From Candidatus Thorarchaeota archaeon (GTDB lineage Archaea; Asgardarchaeota; Thorarchaeia; Thorarchaeales; Thorarchaeaceae): a stretch of 29,608 nucleotides of DNA. The notes below the pieces were generated by a model that was given only the letters and a program-made list of their open reading frames with translations, was not told the origin of the DNA and did no database searches. Position 1 is the stretch's first letter; the number at the start of each line of letters is the position of its first letter. The stretch lies in NCBI GenBank assembly GCA_048882325.1, contig JBHLRS010000039.1, positions 1 to 29,608 of the forward strand, given 5' to 3'. Positions 9,018 through 18,607 of the stretch are shown in pieces. The translations under genes were made by a program, and so were the position numbers.

Positions 9018-10805
9018 TCAAGACCTAGACCGAAGTTTATCGATTAAACCAAAGTAATACACGATCACGGTTGCTAGTATGAGCAATTCCACTACTACAA
9101 CAAGACTCCAAGGACTAAGGGGGTGTGCATCAGGTGGTGGATGAATGGAAGTCTCTGTTGTTGTTGGACTGGTTATTGATTTAGGCGGCGAACTGAACGT
9201 AGATGAAATGGAAACATCAAGAATATCGATGATGTTTTCCAAATTTGTATTCAACCACCTAACAGGACATGAAACACTGACATGCACATCGATGAGATCA
9301 ATCGCTGTAGAAAGATGGTCGATCGTATCAAGGTCATCATTCGTTTCCATTGCGTTTCTTGCATATCCTAACTGGTTGCTAATCATGTCTCTGAGAGTGG
9401 ATGCAGTTCCTCCGAACATGTATGAGTTCGGAAGGGAGCTCACTGACGACATGCAATCATCAATGACGCTGAGTAAATCAGATCGCATAATCGTATATTC
9501 GTTAGTTAGATAGCTCGCGAATGTGTCTACTACAGTTTCTGATGGATAGTCCTGCCTATTCACAGCACCGGAAGTATATGTTCTCTCAAAGAACGTTACC
9601 GAGAAGTTTGAACTCGCGACGGTATACCAGGTGTCCGGGTCGAAACTCGTAATTTCAGTGTAATAGTAATTACTACCGATAACAGATGTCACATCACTGC
9701 CCTTCAAATCAACGGTGGCAACATAGTTGAAGAATGGTTCAGTGTGATGTAAATCCCTATAGGTTATGAATCCGCGATTTATTGCTTCTCTGACTCCTCC
9801 AGAATTATAAGTACCGACATCAGCTTCGGTAAATCGGAGAATTGCTTCTGCCATCATTACTCCTAGAGACCCTGTGCTTTGGTACGAATCGAAATATCCA
9901 AAGGCCTCATCGAGGTAGGATGAAAGTGGGGCATTCCATATATCGATCATGGACACAATGGTCTCATCAGGATCCAGTGGAGCTCCAAGTGATGGAGCAG
10001 AAAAGTCATAGCTATCGATTGTTCCAGTTGTGGTGTCAATTGTCAAATCTAATATTCCCAATCCATTAGCATATGAACCAACTGAAGGAACAACAAGAGT
10101 ATTCCCTATAGTCTGTACACTTCCTCCCGCTTTGACGAGTAGATCAATACCTGTCACACTCGAGGCTATTGAGGTGGACAAGCATCCTAGGAGAATGATA
10201 AAGTCAATTCCTTGTCCCTGTAAGTCTGTGACAGCATTATTCACTGAGGTAACCTGATCCGCGAAAGTAACTTCATCCGGAGCATACCAGAAAGATGTTG
10301 AAAGTCCTATAACTCCAATGTCATAACCTGCTATGGTTTCAATTGAGTATGGCAGTGGTTTCGGATTACCAGGCCAGTCTACGTTCGCACTCAGTAGCTC
10401 AAAGTCAGCTGCATTGATCATAGCCTTGAGCGCAGGTGTCCCTGGATCAAACTCATGGTTGTCTAATGCCATTGCATCATAGCCAATGGTATTCATCACT
10501 TCAACCATAGGGAGCCCATTGTTGATGTCATTGACTCCACCCCCACTAATAATGTCACCACAGTCAAACAAGAGAGTAGGTCTTAGCGCTCGTAATTCCT
10601 GAATCTTAGTTGAAAGGAGGGTCATTCCTCCACTACATTCAGTCCCTGTCCAGCTACTATAGAGATGACTGTGCAAATCATGAGTGTAAGCAATAGTAAT
10701 GTCGATTGTTGTGTCTTGTAATGACTCACCTACAATGATCATTGGGGAGAGTGAAGTACTGAAGACAAGCAATGTCAAGACCAATACGAACTGCCTATGA
10801 CTCAT
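9018..10805 (-). CDS. 5'-nucleotidase/metallophosphoesterase-family surface protein with C-terminal TM anchor
   Basis: THDLHSH, DCGD, DNHEFD, LLSANV; C-terminal 5'-nucleotidase domain (NSGGVR, PFFN); Ser/Thr/Pro linker, TM helix and basic tail; N-terminal signal peptide. Confidence 0.85.
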   Translation of the reverse strand: MSHRQFVLVLTLLVFSTSLSPMIIVGESLQDTTIDITIAYTHDLHSHLYSSWTGTECSGGMTLLSTKIQELRALRPTLLFDCGDIISGGGVNDINNGLPMVEVMNTIGYDAMALDNHEFDPGTPALKAMINAADFELLSANVDWPGNPKPLPYSIETIAGYDIGVIGLSTSFWYAPDEVTFADQVTSVNNAVTDLQGQGIDFIILLGCLSTSIASSVTGIDLLVKAGGSVQTIGNTLVVPSVGSYANGLGILDLTIDTTTGTIDSYDFSAPSLGAPLDPDETIVSMIDIWNAPLSSYLDEAFGYFDSYQSTGSLGVMMAEAILRFTEADVGTYNSGGVREAINRGFITYRDLHHTEPFFNYVATVDLKGSDVTSVIGSNYYYTEITSFDPDTWYTVASSNFSVTFFERTYTSGAVNRQDYPSETVVDTFASYLTNEYTIMRSDLLSVIDDCMSSVSSLPNSYMFGGTASTLRDMISNQLGYARNAMETNDDLDTIDHLSTAIDLIDVHVSVSCPVRWLNTNLENIIDILDVSISSTFSSPPKSITSPTTTETSIHPPPDAHPLSPWSLVVVVELLILATVIVYYFGLIDKLRSRS

Positions 10806-10938
10806 AGAAACACAAACAGAACTTGTTATTGCATCTCATAAAACTATACTTTGGAGATAAATCCAAGCACGAATACATTGAATTGAGTAAAAGGTGTTAT
10901 AAGGTGCTCTCAGGATGTAAAAACAGTGTGGTGTATCA

Positions 10939-12357
10939 TTGGGTAGGGTTTCGGATTATTTTGGACTTGGTGAGGCGTCTCAAGAGGTCAAAAGCCTTGC
11001 ATCCAAATTCGCATCATTAGCACTGTTTATGCAGGCATCAGTTGCCATCTCATCAACGTTTTATCTCATCTTTGTCGCTACTTCACTTGGTCAAGGCGAC
11101 TTCATTCTAGGAATGACCTATGTGGGAATCCTAGTTGTGTTTCAGATGGCAATCCAGACATTGTTTGATTATCCAACAGGAGTTATTGGAGACTGGATTG
11201 GACAACACTACATTTTGACTACTGCCTTCCTAACATATGCAGTCGCTTTTGCTATGATCTCATTTGTCACATATTCCAGTCCTTTCATTGTCCTAATAAT
11301 CATCTATTCACTCATGGGTTTCGCAGGGTCTCAACAGAGCGGAGCTCTCGGGAGCTGGTTTGATAACAACTGGCGTGTTGCAATGGTTCATGATGAGGGA
11401 AGGAAACAGTATGGTGTCTTCCTAGGTAAGTTAGGGATGTTGTCATGGCTAACAAATGTCGTGATACTGATTCCAGGAGGTATCTTGGCCACGATTTTTG
11501 GTCGAGCATGGGTGTTTCAGGTTCAAGCAATTCTATGTGTGGTCATCGCCATTGCCTGTGCACGTCTAGTCCGAAACCTGTCTGAGGTTGAGGATCAAAA
11601 ACAGACCAAACCAACCTTAGACGAATACTTCGCTCTGCTTCGAGATGGTATTCATTACTTATTTAGTGGAAAGTTCATCACCTACTTATTGATGGGGTCC
11701 ATGTTGCTTAATAGCTGTCTGACTGTTTGGGCGAATCTCATCCTCTTTCCTATGTACTACAGCTATATGTTGACAGACGTGGCAGTAGCAAGTTTTCGTA
11801 CAATCGTTATGATTCCGCTAGTTTTCTACTCAGAACGATCTGGCGTGTGGGCAAAGAGATTTGAGCCAAAGAGATGGATCTCAAGGTTCCGATTTATACA
11901 GACTGGCGGAGCCATTTTCTTCTGGATATTTGCCATAATTATGCTCGTGTTTCCAGTCCCACCCCCAGGTGCTCCGATGATTGAGTTTGTGCTTCCTGGG
12001 ACAAATATACTACTACTAAGTGTACCAGTTAACTCGGTTCTTCCGGTTTTACTAATGATCGTGGTCTTCTATACCTTAGGAATCTTCTTTCAACTAGCTA
12101 ATGTACTCACATCAAGAGTGTTTGTTGATGCAATACCAAACCGAGTTCGTAATGGGGTGTATTCTCTGTTCCCCACAATTGTGTTGTTAATGGGTATGCC
12201 TCAGATAGCCTTCTTTGGATGGCTCATCTCTGTTGCACCAATTTCACTTACTCTTGTCTGCACGGGTCTAATCTCAACATGCGGAGTGATACTAATCAAT
12301 CAGGCATTTCAACATCCAAGACCCGAGGAAGAACCTATTGATGAGATACTTGTTTGA
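10939..12357 (+). CDS. MFS transporter
   Basis: About 12 hydrophobic segments, motif-A-like DYPTGVIGDWIG, and C-terminal-half DAIPNRVRNGVYS. Confidence 0.88.
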   Translation: MGRVSDYFGLGEASQEVKSLASKFASLALFMQASVAISSTFYLIFVATSLGQGDFILGMTYVGILVVFQMAIQTLFDYPTGVIGDWIGQHYILTTAFLTYAVAFAMISFVTYSSPFIVLIIIYSLMGFAGSQQSGALGSWFDNNWRVAMVHDEGRKQYGVFLGKLGMLSWLTNVVILIPGGILATIFGRAWVFQVQAILCVVIAIACARLVRNLSEVEDQKQTKPTLDEYFALLRDGIHYLFSGKFITYLLMGSMLLNSCLTVWANLILFPMYYSYMLTDVAVASFRTIVMIPLVFYSERSGVWAKRFEPKRWISRFRFIQTGGAIFFWIFAIIMLVFPVPPPGAPMIEFVLPGTNILLLSVPVNSVLPVLLMIVVFYTLGIFFQLANVLTSRVFVDAIPNRVRNGVYSLFPTIVLLMGMPQIAFFGWLISVAPISLTLVCTGLISTCGVILINQAFQHPRPEEEPIDEILV

Positions 12358-12365
12358 GAAGATAC

Positions 12366-12848
12366 TCAATCATTGCTCATGAATGCTGTTGCTTGCCGAT
12401 AGAGTGTGTCTTTCACATAATCGTACGACGCGATCTTCTTTGGAGTGACTGTGACAGCTACCCACTTAGTGAGCTTGAAGAGGCCATCTCTATAGTCTAG
12501 GGCGCGTCGATTGTCCATCCGACGATTGAATATCTTAAGAGCAATCTCACCCATGTTGTCTTCAGAAATCTCAGCCTCTCCATAAATAAGCACACCTCTT
12601 GTTGGAGGACCTTCATAATCGACTAGAACTGTCACATTGTTATCGCGTCGGATGTTCTTTGCTTTGACACTCTGATCCGGAGTGCCAAAGACAAGTTTCC
12701 CACCCTCATAGAAGAACCACACTGGAGCAGCATGGATGGATCCATCCTTGTTGTGGGTACAAACACGTGCAACAGTGACATAGTTTAGAAACTCAAGAAT
12801 TTCATCTGGAGAAAGTTGGGGAGACTGAGTATACGGCACGATTGTCAC
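12366..12848 (-). CDS. Pyridoxamine 5'-phosphate oxidase-like (PPOX/FMN- or F420-binding split barrel) protein
   Basis: ARVCTHNKDGSIHAAPVWF, SVKAKNIRRDNNVTVLVD, GVLIYGEAEI. Start at GTG 12848 or 12854. Confidence 0.88.
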   Translation of the reverse strand: MTIVPYTQSPQLSPDEILEFLNYVTVARVCTHNKDGSIHAAPVWFFYEGGKLVFGTPDQSVKAKNIRRDNNVTVLVDYEGPPTRGVLIYGEAEISEDNMGEIALKIFNRRMDNRRALDYRDGLFKLTKWVAVTVTPKKIASYDYVKDTLYRQATAFMSND

Positions 12849-12919
12849 ACACACGATTCAATAGTGTTTCATCGAGAAACAACATACAGTATATGCGTTT
12901 TGGATTCGTTAGAATCCAG

Positions 12920-13924
12920 CTACAATGCGCGTTCGAGATTGATTATTCGACATGCTAAATTGAAACCCGCTTTCTTGTACATATCAATTGCACCTGTGTT
13001 TGCCAGCGGTGTTCCAACTGCTGCATACCTGCAACCAAGGTTCTTCAGTGATGTCAAGACCTCATTCACAAGATACGATGCGATTCCTCGTCGTCTGAAA
13101 TCAGGTAGTACGGCCATTGGACCCAGAATACCAGTGAGAGGTTTGAATTTTGACTTCGAGATGAATGCTCCGAGAAATCCAGCAGGTGTTCCATCCACCA
13201 CTGCAATCTTCCTCAGTTCCTCGGGGGCGAGTCCATAGAATCCTTCAGCCATCCGTTGTAGGAGGGCTGTTGCCTGATTGTAATCGGTGACTGTCTTGTC
13301 AAAACCGTGAATCTCTCGCTCTTCAGGAGTTGAAGTGAAGGATTTGACAGTGATACTTGCTAAATCCTCAAACGTGTAATTCTCACCAGTTTCTATTTGT
13401 ATTCCGAGTGGTGGATTTGATATCTGTCTTATTCCCTCTAAGGACATTACAAGGTCGACTGCGTCAGGACGGCTCCTTTCGAACCCGACATCAGAGTATA
13501 CGCCAAGAATTCTATCAACAGACTCAGGCGAATTTATTGGATGTTTTAGAAGACAACCAACACTCTTGATTCCCATTGAAGTAAGATAATCCAGGGCCTG
13601 TTGAATTAATGCTCTGCTGATACCGGTGTCTTGAAATTCTGGGACAATCGCAGGTTCCCATCGTCTGATTCGAGCTACAAGTTCTCTATGACGAAGTCCG
13701 AGGACACCCACAATCTCATCATTATCTTCCAAGCGAGCGACCAAGAACAAGTGATTGGGCTGATTAAAATCAGCACGCATTTCCTCAAGTTCTTCATCTT
13801 TGTTAAAATCAAAAACAGGATTCTCCTGATACCAGTAGAGATGCTCCATCGCTGAAACCCAAGCATGAGAATAGGTAGTCCAATCACCTGCAGGTTCAAT
13901 CACGATTTTGAAATCCGAAACCAT
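12920..13924 (-). CDS. Tandem GNAT-family N-acetyltransferase
   Basis: Two acetyl-CoA motif-A copies (IVPEFQDTGIS; VLPDFRRRGIA) plus NTGAIDMYKKAGF. ATG 13924 is preferred over TTG 13975. Confidence 0.88.
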   Translation of the reverse strand: MVSDFKIVIEPAGDWTTYSHAWVSAMEHLYWYQENPVFDFNKDEELEEMRADFNQPNHLFLVARLEDNDEIVGVLGLRHRELVARIRRWEPAIVPEFQDTGISRALIQQALDYLTSMGIKSVGCLLKHPINSPESVDRILGVYSDVGFERSRPDAVDLVMSLEGIRQISNPPLGIQIETGENYTFEDLASITVKSFTSTPEEREIHGFDKTVTDYNQATALLQRMAEGFYGLAPEELRKIAVVDGTPAGFLGAFISKSKFKPLTGILGPMAVLPDFRRRGIASYLVNEVLTSLKNLGCRYAAVGTPLANTGAIDMYKKAGFNLACRIINLERAL

Positions 13925-14022
13925 CTTAGCTCTTCTTTTAGCTAGTGTCAGGACAAATAGAGATTGCGAAATCAAACGGACATGCTTATTTTGTGGTCTC
14001 CCAAAAAGAAACTTGACTCACC

Positions 14023-14301
14023 ATGAGAATCAAAGCAGTTCTTCGTGACACTGAGATTTTGCAAATGGAAGCAGGATCAACAGAGAGGATTTTTGCAGCG
14101 GCGAGGAAGAACATGGACAGAGTCGTTAATCTTCCGAGTCTCCTAAAGGTGATGGGTCTGAGTTTTGATGACAGAATTGCTATGCTTGATGCACTGAAGA
14201 AATCGGAACTTCATGTGTGGCTTTTGATCGATTCTGAGCAACATCTGATCTATATTACAGAGGATTCAGACAAAGAGTTTGATGGATACAAGTGGCAGTA
14301 A
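14023..14301 (+). CDS. Hypothetical protein (92 aa)
   Basis: Clean ATG-TAA ORF filling the gap between the divergent GNAT gene and the convergent TPR gene, with protein-like composition. No function recognised. Confidence 0.75.
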   Translation: MRIKAVLRDTEILQMEAGSTERIFAAARKNMDRVVNLPSLLKVMGLSFDDRIAMLDALKKSELHVWLLIDSEQHLIYITEDSDKEFDGYKWQ

Positions 14302-14325
14302 AGTACCCTAAGCTATCTGCGGTAA

Positions 14326-15066
14326 CTATAGTTGATTCTTGTAAATCGTGACGCGTTTTTGTATCCCATTTGAAACAGAGATGCGTCTGTTAGGAGCGCT
14401 AGCCAGAAGTTGTTCTATTTCTCCCAACACCCGTGCTCGATCATCTTCCAATAGGCAGCGTTCCTCATCAGGGAGTTCTTTTAGGTTTAGGATTTTTATG
14501 ACAATGTCAATCTGGTCTAAGAGATTCTGAAGCAATTCATTGAATAGAGATTCATTCTCCCTATCATCATAAAGTTGAGATTCTATCTGGTCTTCCTCAA
14601 TCTGAAGAAGATACCGGAGGGCATCGAAGGCTCTCACATTATGATCATGTTCTTCAGCTTGATTTCTAGCAATTTGAAAGGCGTCTTCAGAACGACCCTC
14701 TGAGTAAAGAATTCTACATAAATCCTCTACGGCGCAATGACCTACCGGATTCCTCTGAATGAAGTCACGAAATATCTGCTCAGCCTCATCTGTTCTAAGT
14801 GCCTGATCCAATAGACGTCCGAGACCACAGACAGCATCTTCATGATTTGGGTCCCGAACAAGGACAGCCCTGAATGTAGACTCAGCCTCGTGATCATTGC
14901 ACAACCGAGCTTGAATTATCCCAAGTTTGGTCATTAACATTAGATTGTCAGGATCTGCAGCTAGTTGTTCTTTGACAAGCACTTCAGCATCCAGCTCACG
15001 CTCATCGTGGCAGAGCGATGTGGCCTCCTTGAGCACTTCGTCAGAGTCGCGATTTATGACAAACAC
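14326..15066 (-). CDS. Tetratricopeptide-repeat protein
   Basis: TPR-like units LGIIQARLCNDHEAESTFRAVLVRDPNHEDAVCGLGRLL...AEQIFRDFIQRNP, followed by a helical C-terminus. Confidence 0.8.
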   Translation of the reverse strand: MFVINRDSDEVLKEATSLCHDERELDAEVLVKEQLAADPDNLMLMTKLGIIQARLCNDHEAESTFRAVLVRDPNHEDAVCGLGRLLDQALRTDEAEQIFRDFIQRNPVGHCAVEDLCRILYSEGRSEDAFQIARNQAEEHDHNVRAFDALRYLLQIEEDQIESQLYDDRENESLFNELLQNLLDQIDIVIKILNLKELPDEERCLLEDDRARVLGEIEQLLASAPNRRISVSNGIQKRVTIYKNQL

Positions 15067-15145
15067 CTTCCAATATGACCAATATAGGCAATACTTGCAG
15101 ACGCCTTTTTAAAGAGAATCTATGAGCCTAAAACGGGTAGTGAAA

Positions 15146-16585
15146 ATGCTAAAGGTCTACAACACACGGACCCGGTCTAAGGAAGAGTTCATACCACTTG
15201 ATGGAAATCATGTGAGAATGTATGTGTGTGGTCCGACTGTGTATGATTATCCTCACATCGGAAATGCGAGATCATTCTCTGTCTTTGACACAATTAGGAG
15301 ATACCTCGAATACAGTGGGTATCGTGTCACCTACATCACCAACTTCACAGACATTGATGACAAGATGATCAATAGAGCAAACGAGGATGGTATTGAGGTG
15401 TCTGAGCTCGCGTCAAGATTCATTGCGGAGTATCTCATAATTGAGAAGCAGCTCAATCTCAAACCAGCAACCGTGAATCCTCGTGCCACTGAACACATAG
15501 ACGACATCATCGAGATGGTTGAACTCATCATCAAGAATGGGATGGGGTATGATGTGAGTGGCGATGTCTACTTCAACGTACCAGCCTTTGAGGCATATGG
15601 AGGGTTCTCTCGAATACCTATGGAAGAGCTTGCCACAGGAGCAAGGGTTGATGTTGATGAAGCAAAGAGAGACCCGCGAGATTTCGCACTCTGGAAAGCA
15701 GAGAAGCCTGGAGAGCCCTCATGGGACAGCCCATGGGGTAAAGGTCGTCCGGGCTGGCATGCTGAATGTTCAGTGATGGGTAAGCACTACTTGGGGCTCC
15801 CGTTTGACGTCCATGGTGGCGGACAAGACTTGATATTCCCACATCATGAGAACGAGATAGCCCAGTCAGCAGCCGCATATGGGATAGAGACCCCAGTCAA
15901 GTATTGGTTGCATAATGGATTCCTAACAATTGACAGTGATAAGATGTCAAAGTCTGAGGGCAACTTCTCCACAGCGAGAGAGGTGCTTGATAACTATGAC
16001 CACCAGGCTGTTCGTTTGTATCTTGTGACAGGTCAATACAGACAACCTCTAGATTACAATGCAAAAGCTGTCAATCAAGCAATCCAGTCACTTGAGCGGA
16101 TCAGGAATGCAGTTGATACGGTAAAGGGACGAATCTCGATTCTTGAGAGGATTGGTAGTCGCGAGTCTGATGCTGATAAGAAACTTGCAGAAGCCTCTGA
16201 GAAAGTGAGGAAAGCGTTCGAGAAAGAGATGGACGATGACTTCAACACACCAGGAGCTTTGGCTGAGATCTTCACTTATGTGCGAGAGATAAATACACTA
16301 ACCAAGGATGTTGGCGGAGCTGCAGTGCTTCGAGAATCGTTGGCAGTCTTGACAGAGCTTGTGGGAATACTTGGAGTTGATCTGAGTGATGCAGGTCAAG
16401 TTGGAGAGGGTGAAGGTAAAGCAGCTGACACTCTAAAGGGAGTCGTTGATTTCCTTCTTGAGCTTCGTGAGGATGCCAGGAAATCCAAGGATTTCACAAA
16501 AGCTGATCAAATTCGGGACCGCCTGAATGAAATTGGCATAGAAATCACGGATACCAAAGATGGTCCAACGTGGAAGATGAGTTAG
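15146..16585 (+). CDS. cysS: Cysteine--tRNA ligase
   Basis: MYVCGPTVYDYPHIGNAR, NFTDIDDK, DFALWK, SPWGKGRPGWHAEC, HGGGQDLIFPHHENE, KMSKS, DDDFNTP, ADQIRDRL. Start at ATG 15146 (MLKVYNT); ATG 15122 is the alternative. Confidence 0.98.
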   Translation: MLKVYNTRTRSKEEFIPLDGNHVRMYVCGPTVYDYPHIGNARSFSVFDTIRRYLEYSGYRVTYITNFTDIDDKMINRANEDGIEVSELASRFIAEYLIIEKQLNLKPATVNPRATEHIDDIIEMVELIIKNGMGYDVSGDVYFNVPAFEAYGGFSRIPMEELATGARVDVDEAKRDPRDFALWKAEKPGEPSWDSPWGKGRPGWHAECSVMGKHYLGLPFDVHGGGQDLIFPHHENEIAQSAAAYGIETPVKYWLHNGFLTIDSDKMSKSEGNFSTAREVLDNYDHQAVRLYLVTGQYRQPLDYNAKAVNQAIQSLERIRNAVDTVKGRISILERIGSRESDADKKLAEASEKVRKAFEKEMDDDFNTPGALAEIFTYVREINTLTKDVGGAAVLRESLAVLTELVGILGVDLSDAGQVGEGEGKAADTLKGVVDFLLELREDARKSKDFTKADQIRDRLNEIGIEITDTKDGPTWKMS

Positions 16586-16616
16586 CCAGACCAAACCACG
16601 ATAAAAAACCTAACAA

Positions 16617-16638
16617 ACTGGAGGGGCAACCCTCCAGT
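16617..16638. terminator. GC-rich hairpin between convergent cysS and larA, likely terminator
   Basis: Perfect 9-bp stem ACTGGAGGG-GCAA-CCCTCCAGT. On the minus strand it is followed by TTGTTAGGTTTTTT. Confidence 0.65.
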
Positions 16639-16654
16639 CCTAAACCTAACAGAC

Positions 16655-18037
16655 TTAGTTGATTTGATTCTTCACGTTAATCAAAAGGCTGGGGTCATCG
16701 AGAATGTAAACCCTCGGATTTGGGATTTCCTTCAAAAATCTACCAACGAGGTCTCTTAAGATGTTTTGAACCTCTGAAGAGTCTATTACTTTGCAGCCTT
16801 CCATTCTATAAACTGACCTTAGCTCATCAGGATCAAGACCACTCACGATCTTTATGTTACCCTCAGCTACATCGAGCAGGATCCTGAACAGGTCAGGCGG
16901 TTTCTGGTTACCAATCTTGAATGTCTGTTCAGACCCGTAAGTCTCGATGACAAAGCGAAGTGCATCACGCACCTCTAGGTCTTTCGCTGAATGCATAGCT
17001 TCCTCATAGCCAGCACTTCCAATACCATCCTCGCAAGGTGCCAATAGCACAATCCAACCTTTTCTGTCGTGACGTAGTGCATTCCATGCTGCATGAATTC
17101 CTTTTCCAGCCTGATACAAGTTCACCCCGAGCTTCCCAACTGAAACAAATGCGATATCCGCAGGTTCATCAACATCGACCACTCGTAGCCTTCTCAGAGG
17201 AGCTGACGCTGCCTTGTGACACTCAATGATGTCACCTGCTTGGAGGTAAACGATCTCACCATGATGGACAATCGTGTCCACACAGAAGATGGGGATGCGG
17301 TCCTTCATGATGGTAGTTATCTCAATCATGTCCTCAATGACCGGGTTATCATCGCAATTACCAAGACGACACGCCTCATTGAAGCCCTTCTCGAGGTCAA
17401 ACATTCTGGGATGGTTCACTCGTATTGTTTCACGACCAGCCACACCAGGACAGAACAGCTTTACGGTTCCTGCTTGTCCAGCAAAGTAGTGATACTCACT
17501 GTCACTTAAGGGGATCAAGAGTGCAGAGTCTAGAACCTGTTGATCGATAAGGATGGGTGTACCTCGTGAGGTTTCTCCAACACGAGTGTTGCCACTATCA
17601 CAGTCATGAGTCAAGACATGATTTCCCCACTCCTTGTATAAGGTGTGACCAAGGATTCTTTCCTCAACCTCCTTCGGGCTAGCGGGAACGTGTGAACCAC
17701 TAGAGATTATGATACCGATGTCCTGCTTCTGAACACCAATGTTCAAGAGACGAGTGGTAATGAGAGGGAGTAGAATCTTCGTGTGAATATTCGGGCGTGT
17801 CTTATCATCAACCATGAATAGAATTCGCTTTCCTACTTCATAGACCTCTTTAACCAAATCGTCAAAGGGTTTAGATCCAATTGGCGAATCGAGAACTTCA
17901 CCGAGTTTGTCCTCTAGATCAATAAAATCAGGTGTGTATTCATCAACTTGCAGAATTGTCACATCTGCAATAGTCTTTGGGATGAACTCGTCTATCGCAT
18001 CGCCGCCATAATTCAGAGGAGTGCTGTGATAGGACAT
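16655..18037 (-). CDS. larA: LarA-family (DUF2088) nickel-pincer-dependent racemase/epimerase
   Basis: VDDKTRP, SSGSH, HDCD, GETSRGTP, YHYFAGQAGTVK (His and the cofactor-linking Lys position), RVNH, NLYQAGKG, APCEDGIG. Start taken at ATG 18037. Substrate not determinable from sequence. Confidence 0.85.
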   Translation of the reverse strand: MSYHSTPLNYGGDAIDEFIPKTIADVTILQVDEYTPDFIDLEDKLGEVLDSPIGSKPFDDLVKEVYEVGKRILFMVDDKTRPNIHTKILLPLITTRLLNIGVQKQDIGIIISSGSHVPASPKEVEERILGHTLYKEWGNHVLTHDCDSGNTRVGETSRGTPILIDQQVLDSALLIPLSDSEYHYFAGQAGTVKLFCPGVAGRETIRVNHPRMFDLEKGFNEACRLGNCDDNPVIEDMIEITTIMKDRIPIFCVDTIVHHGEIVYLQAGDIIECHKAASAPLRRLRVVDVDEPADIAFVSVGKLGVNLYQAGKGIHAAWNALRHDRKGWIVLLAPCEDGIGSAGYEEAMHSAKDLEVRDALRFVIETYGSEQTFKIGNQKPPDLFRILLDVAEGNIKIVSGLDPDELRSVYRMEGCKVIDSSEVQNILRDLVGRFLKEIPNPRVYILDDPSLLINVKNQIN

Positions 18038-18105
18038 GTTATCGCCAACTAGTTTGTGTTGCCCAGATATGTAACAATTGTGGTTTGTCCCTTTGGATAT
18101 GCTTA

Positions 18106-18157
18106 TTAGTCCCATCTAACTTTTTTAGTTTAGACTAAGTTTTTTAGTTTCATCTAA
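18106..18157. promoter_or_regulatory. Three tandem DtxR-family-like operator boxes (TTAG-N6-CTAA) at a 19-bp period
   Basis: TTAGTCCCATCTAA (18106-18119), TTAGTTTAGACTAA (18125-18138) and TTAGTTTCATCTAA (18144-18157), upstream of an operon ending in a DtxR-family gene. Confidence 0.75.
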
Positions 18158-18211
18158 GATTTGAACACTGGCGTCTGTCACATGCCGGTCCTCAAGTCAG
18201 GAGGCTTGAAA

Positions 18212-18607
18212 TTGGACAAGAAAGGGACCCTCGTTGATATGGACAATCACATTCGATTGACTTCTGTAAGACCGGGAAGGACATGTAGACTTGTAGGTAT
18301 TTCTAATACTGGAGGACGAGGACTTGGTCGTTATAGACATCGAGAGCACCAGGAACACGCAAGTTTCCTCCATAGATTACGCCGACCCGATGAGCAACAT
18401 GAGCACAAGAAACAGTGGCAACATAAAGGTCAGAGGCAGGTCGAGAAGCGGTTGCTGGACCTGGGATTGACTAAAGGCTGCACGTTTAAAGTTGTACAAG
18501 GTCGAGGAAGTGGTCCAGTCCTTGTAGAAGTACGCGGGACAAGAATAGCACTAGGTTATGGACTTGCAAGTAAGGTCTTAGTTGAAGTTTTGGAGGGTGA
18601 AGAATGA
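18212..18607 (+). CDS. feoA: FeoA-family protein with His/Arg-rich insertion
   Basis: LTSVRPGRTCRLVGI...KRLLDLGLTKGCTFKVVQ...GPVLVEVRGTRIALGYGLASKVLVE. The start is uncertain: TTG 18212 follows GGAGG, with ATG 18182 and ATG 18239 as alternatives. Confidence 0.9.
   Translation: MDKKGTLVDMDNHIRLTSVRPGRTCRLVGISNTGGRGLGRYRHREHQEHASFLHRLRRPDEQHEHKKQWQHKGQRQVEKRLLDLGLTKGCTFKVVQGRGSGPVLVEVRGTRIALGYGLASKVLVEVLEGEE

Noticed and set aside
15146-18037. Functional link between cysS and larA (sulfur supply for the Ni-pincer cofactor)
   Set aside because: The genes are convergent and separated by a terminator-like hairpin, and CysRS has no known role in LarE-type sulfur insertion.
18106-18157. Periodic repeats as a mini-CRISPR array
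   Set aside because: The units are 14 bp with 5-nt spacers, far too short, and there are no cas genes. An operator array explains them better.
18038-18211. N-terminal extensions of larA (to 18115) and feoA (from 18161) given by the ORF track
   Set aside because: They run into or abut the operator/promoter region and have no family similarity. The downstream starts are more plausible.
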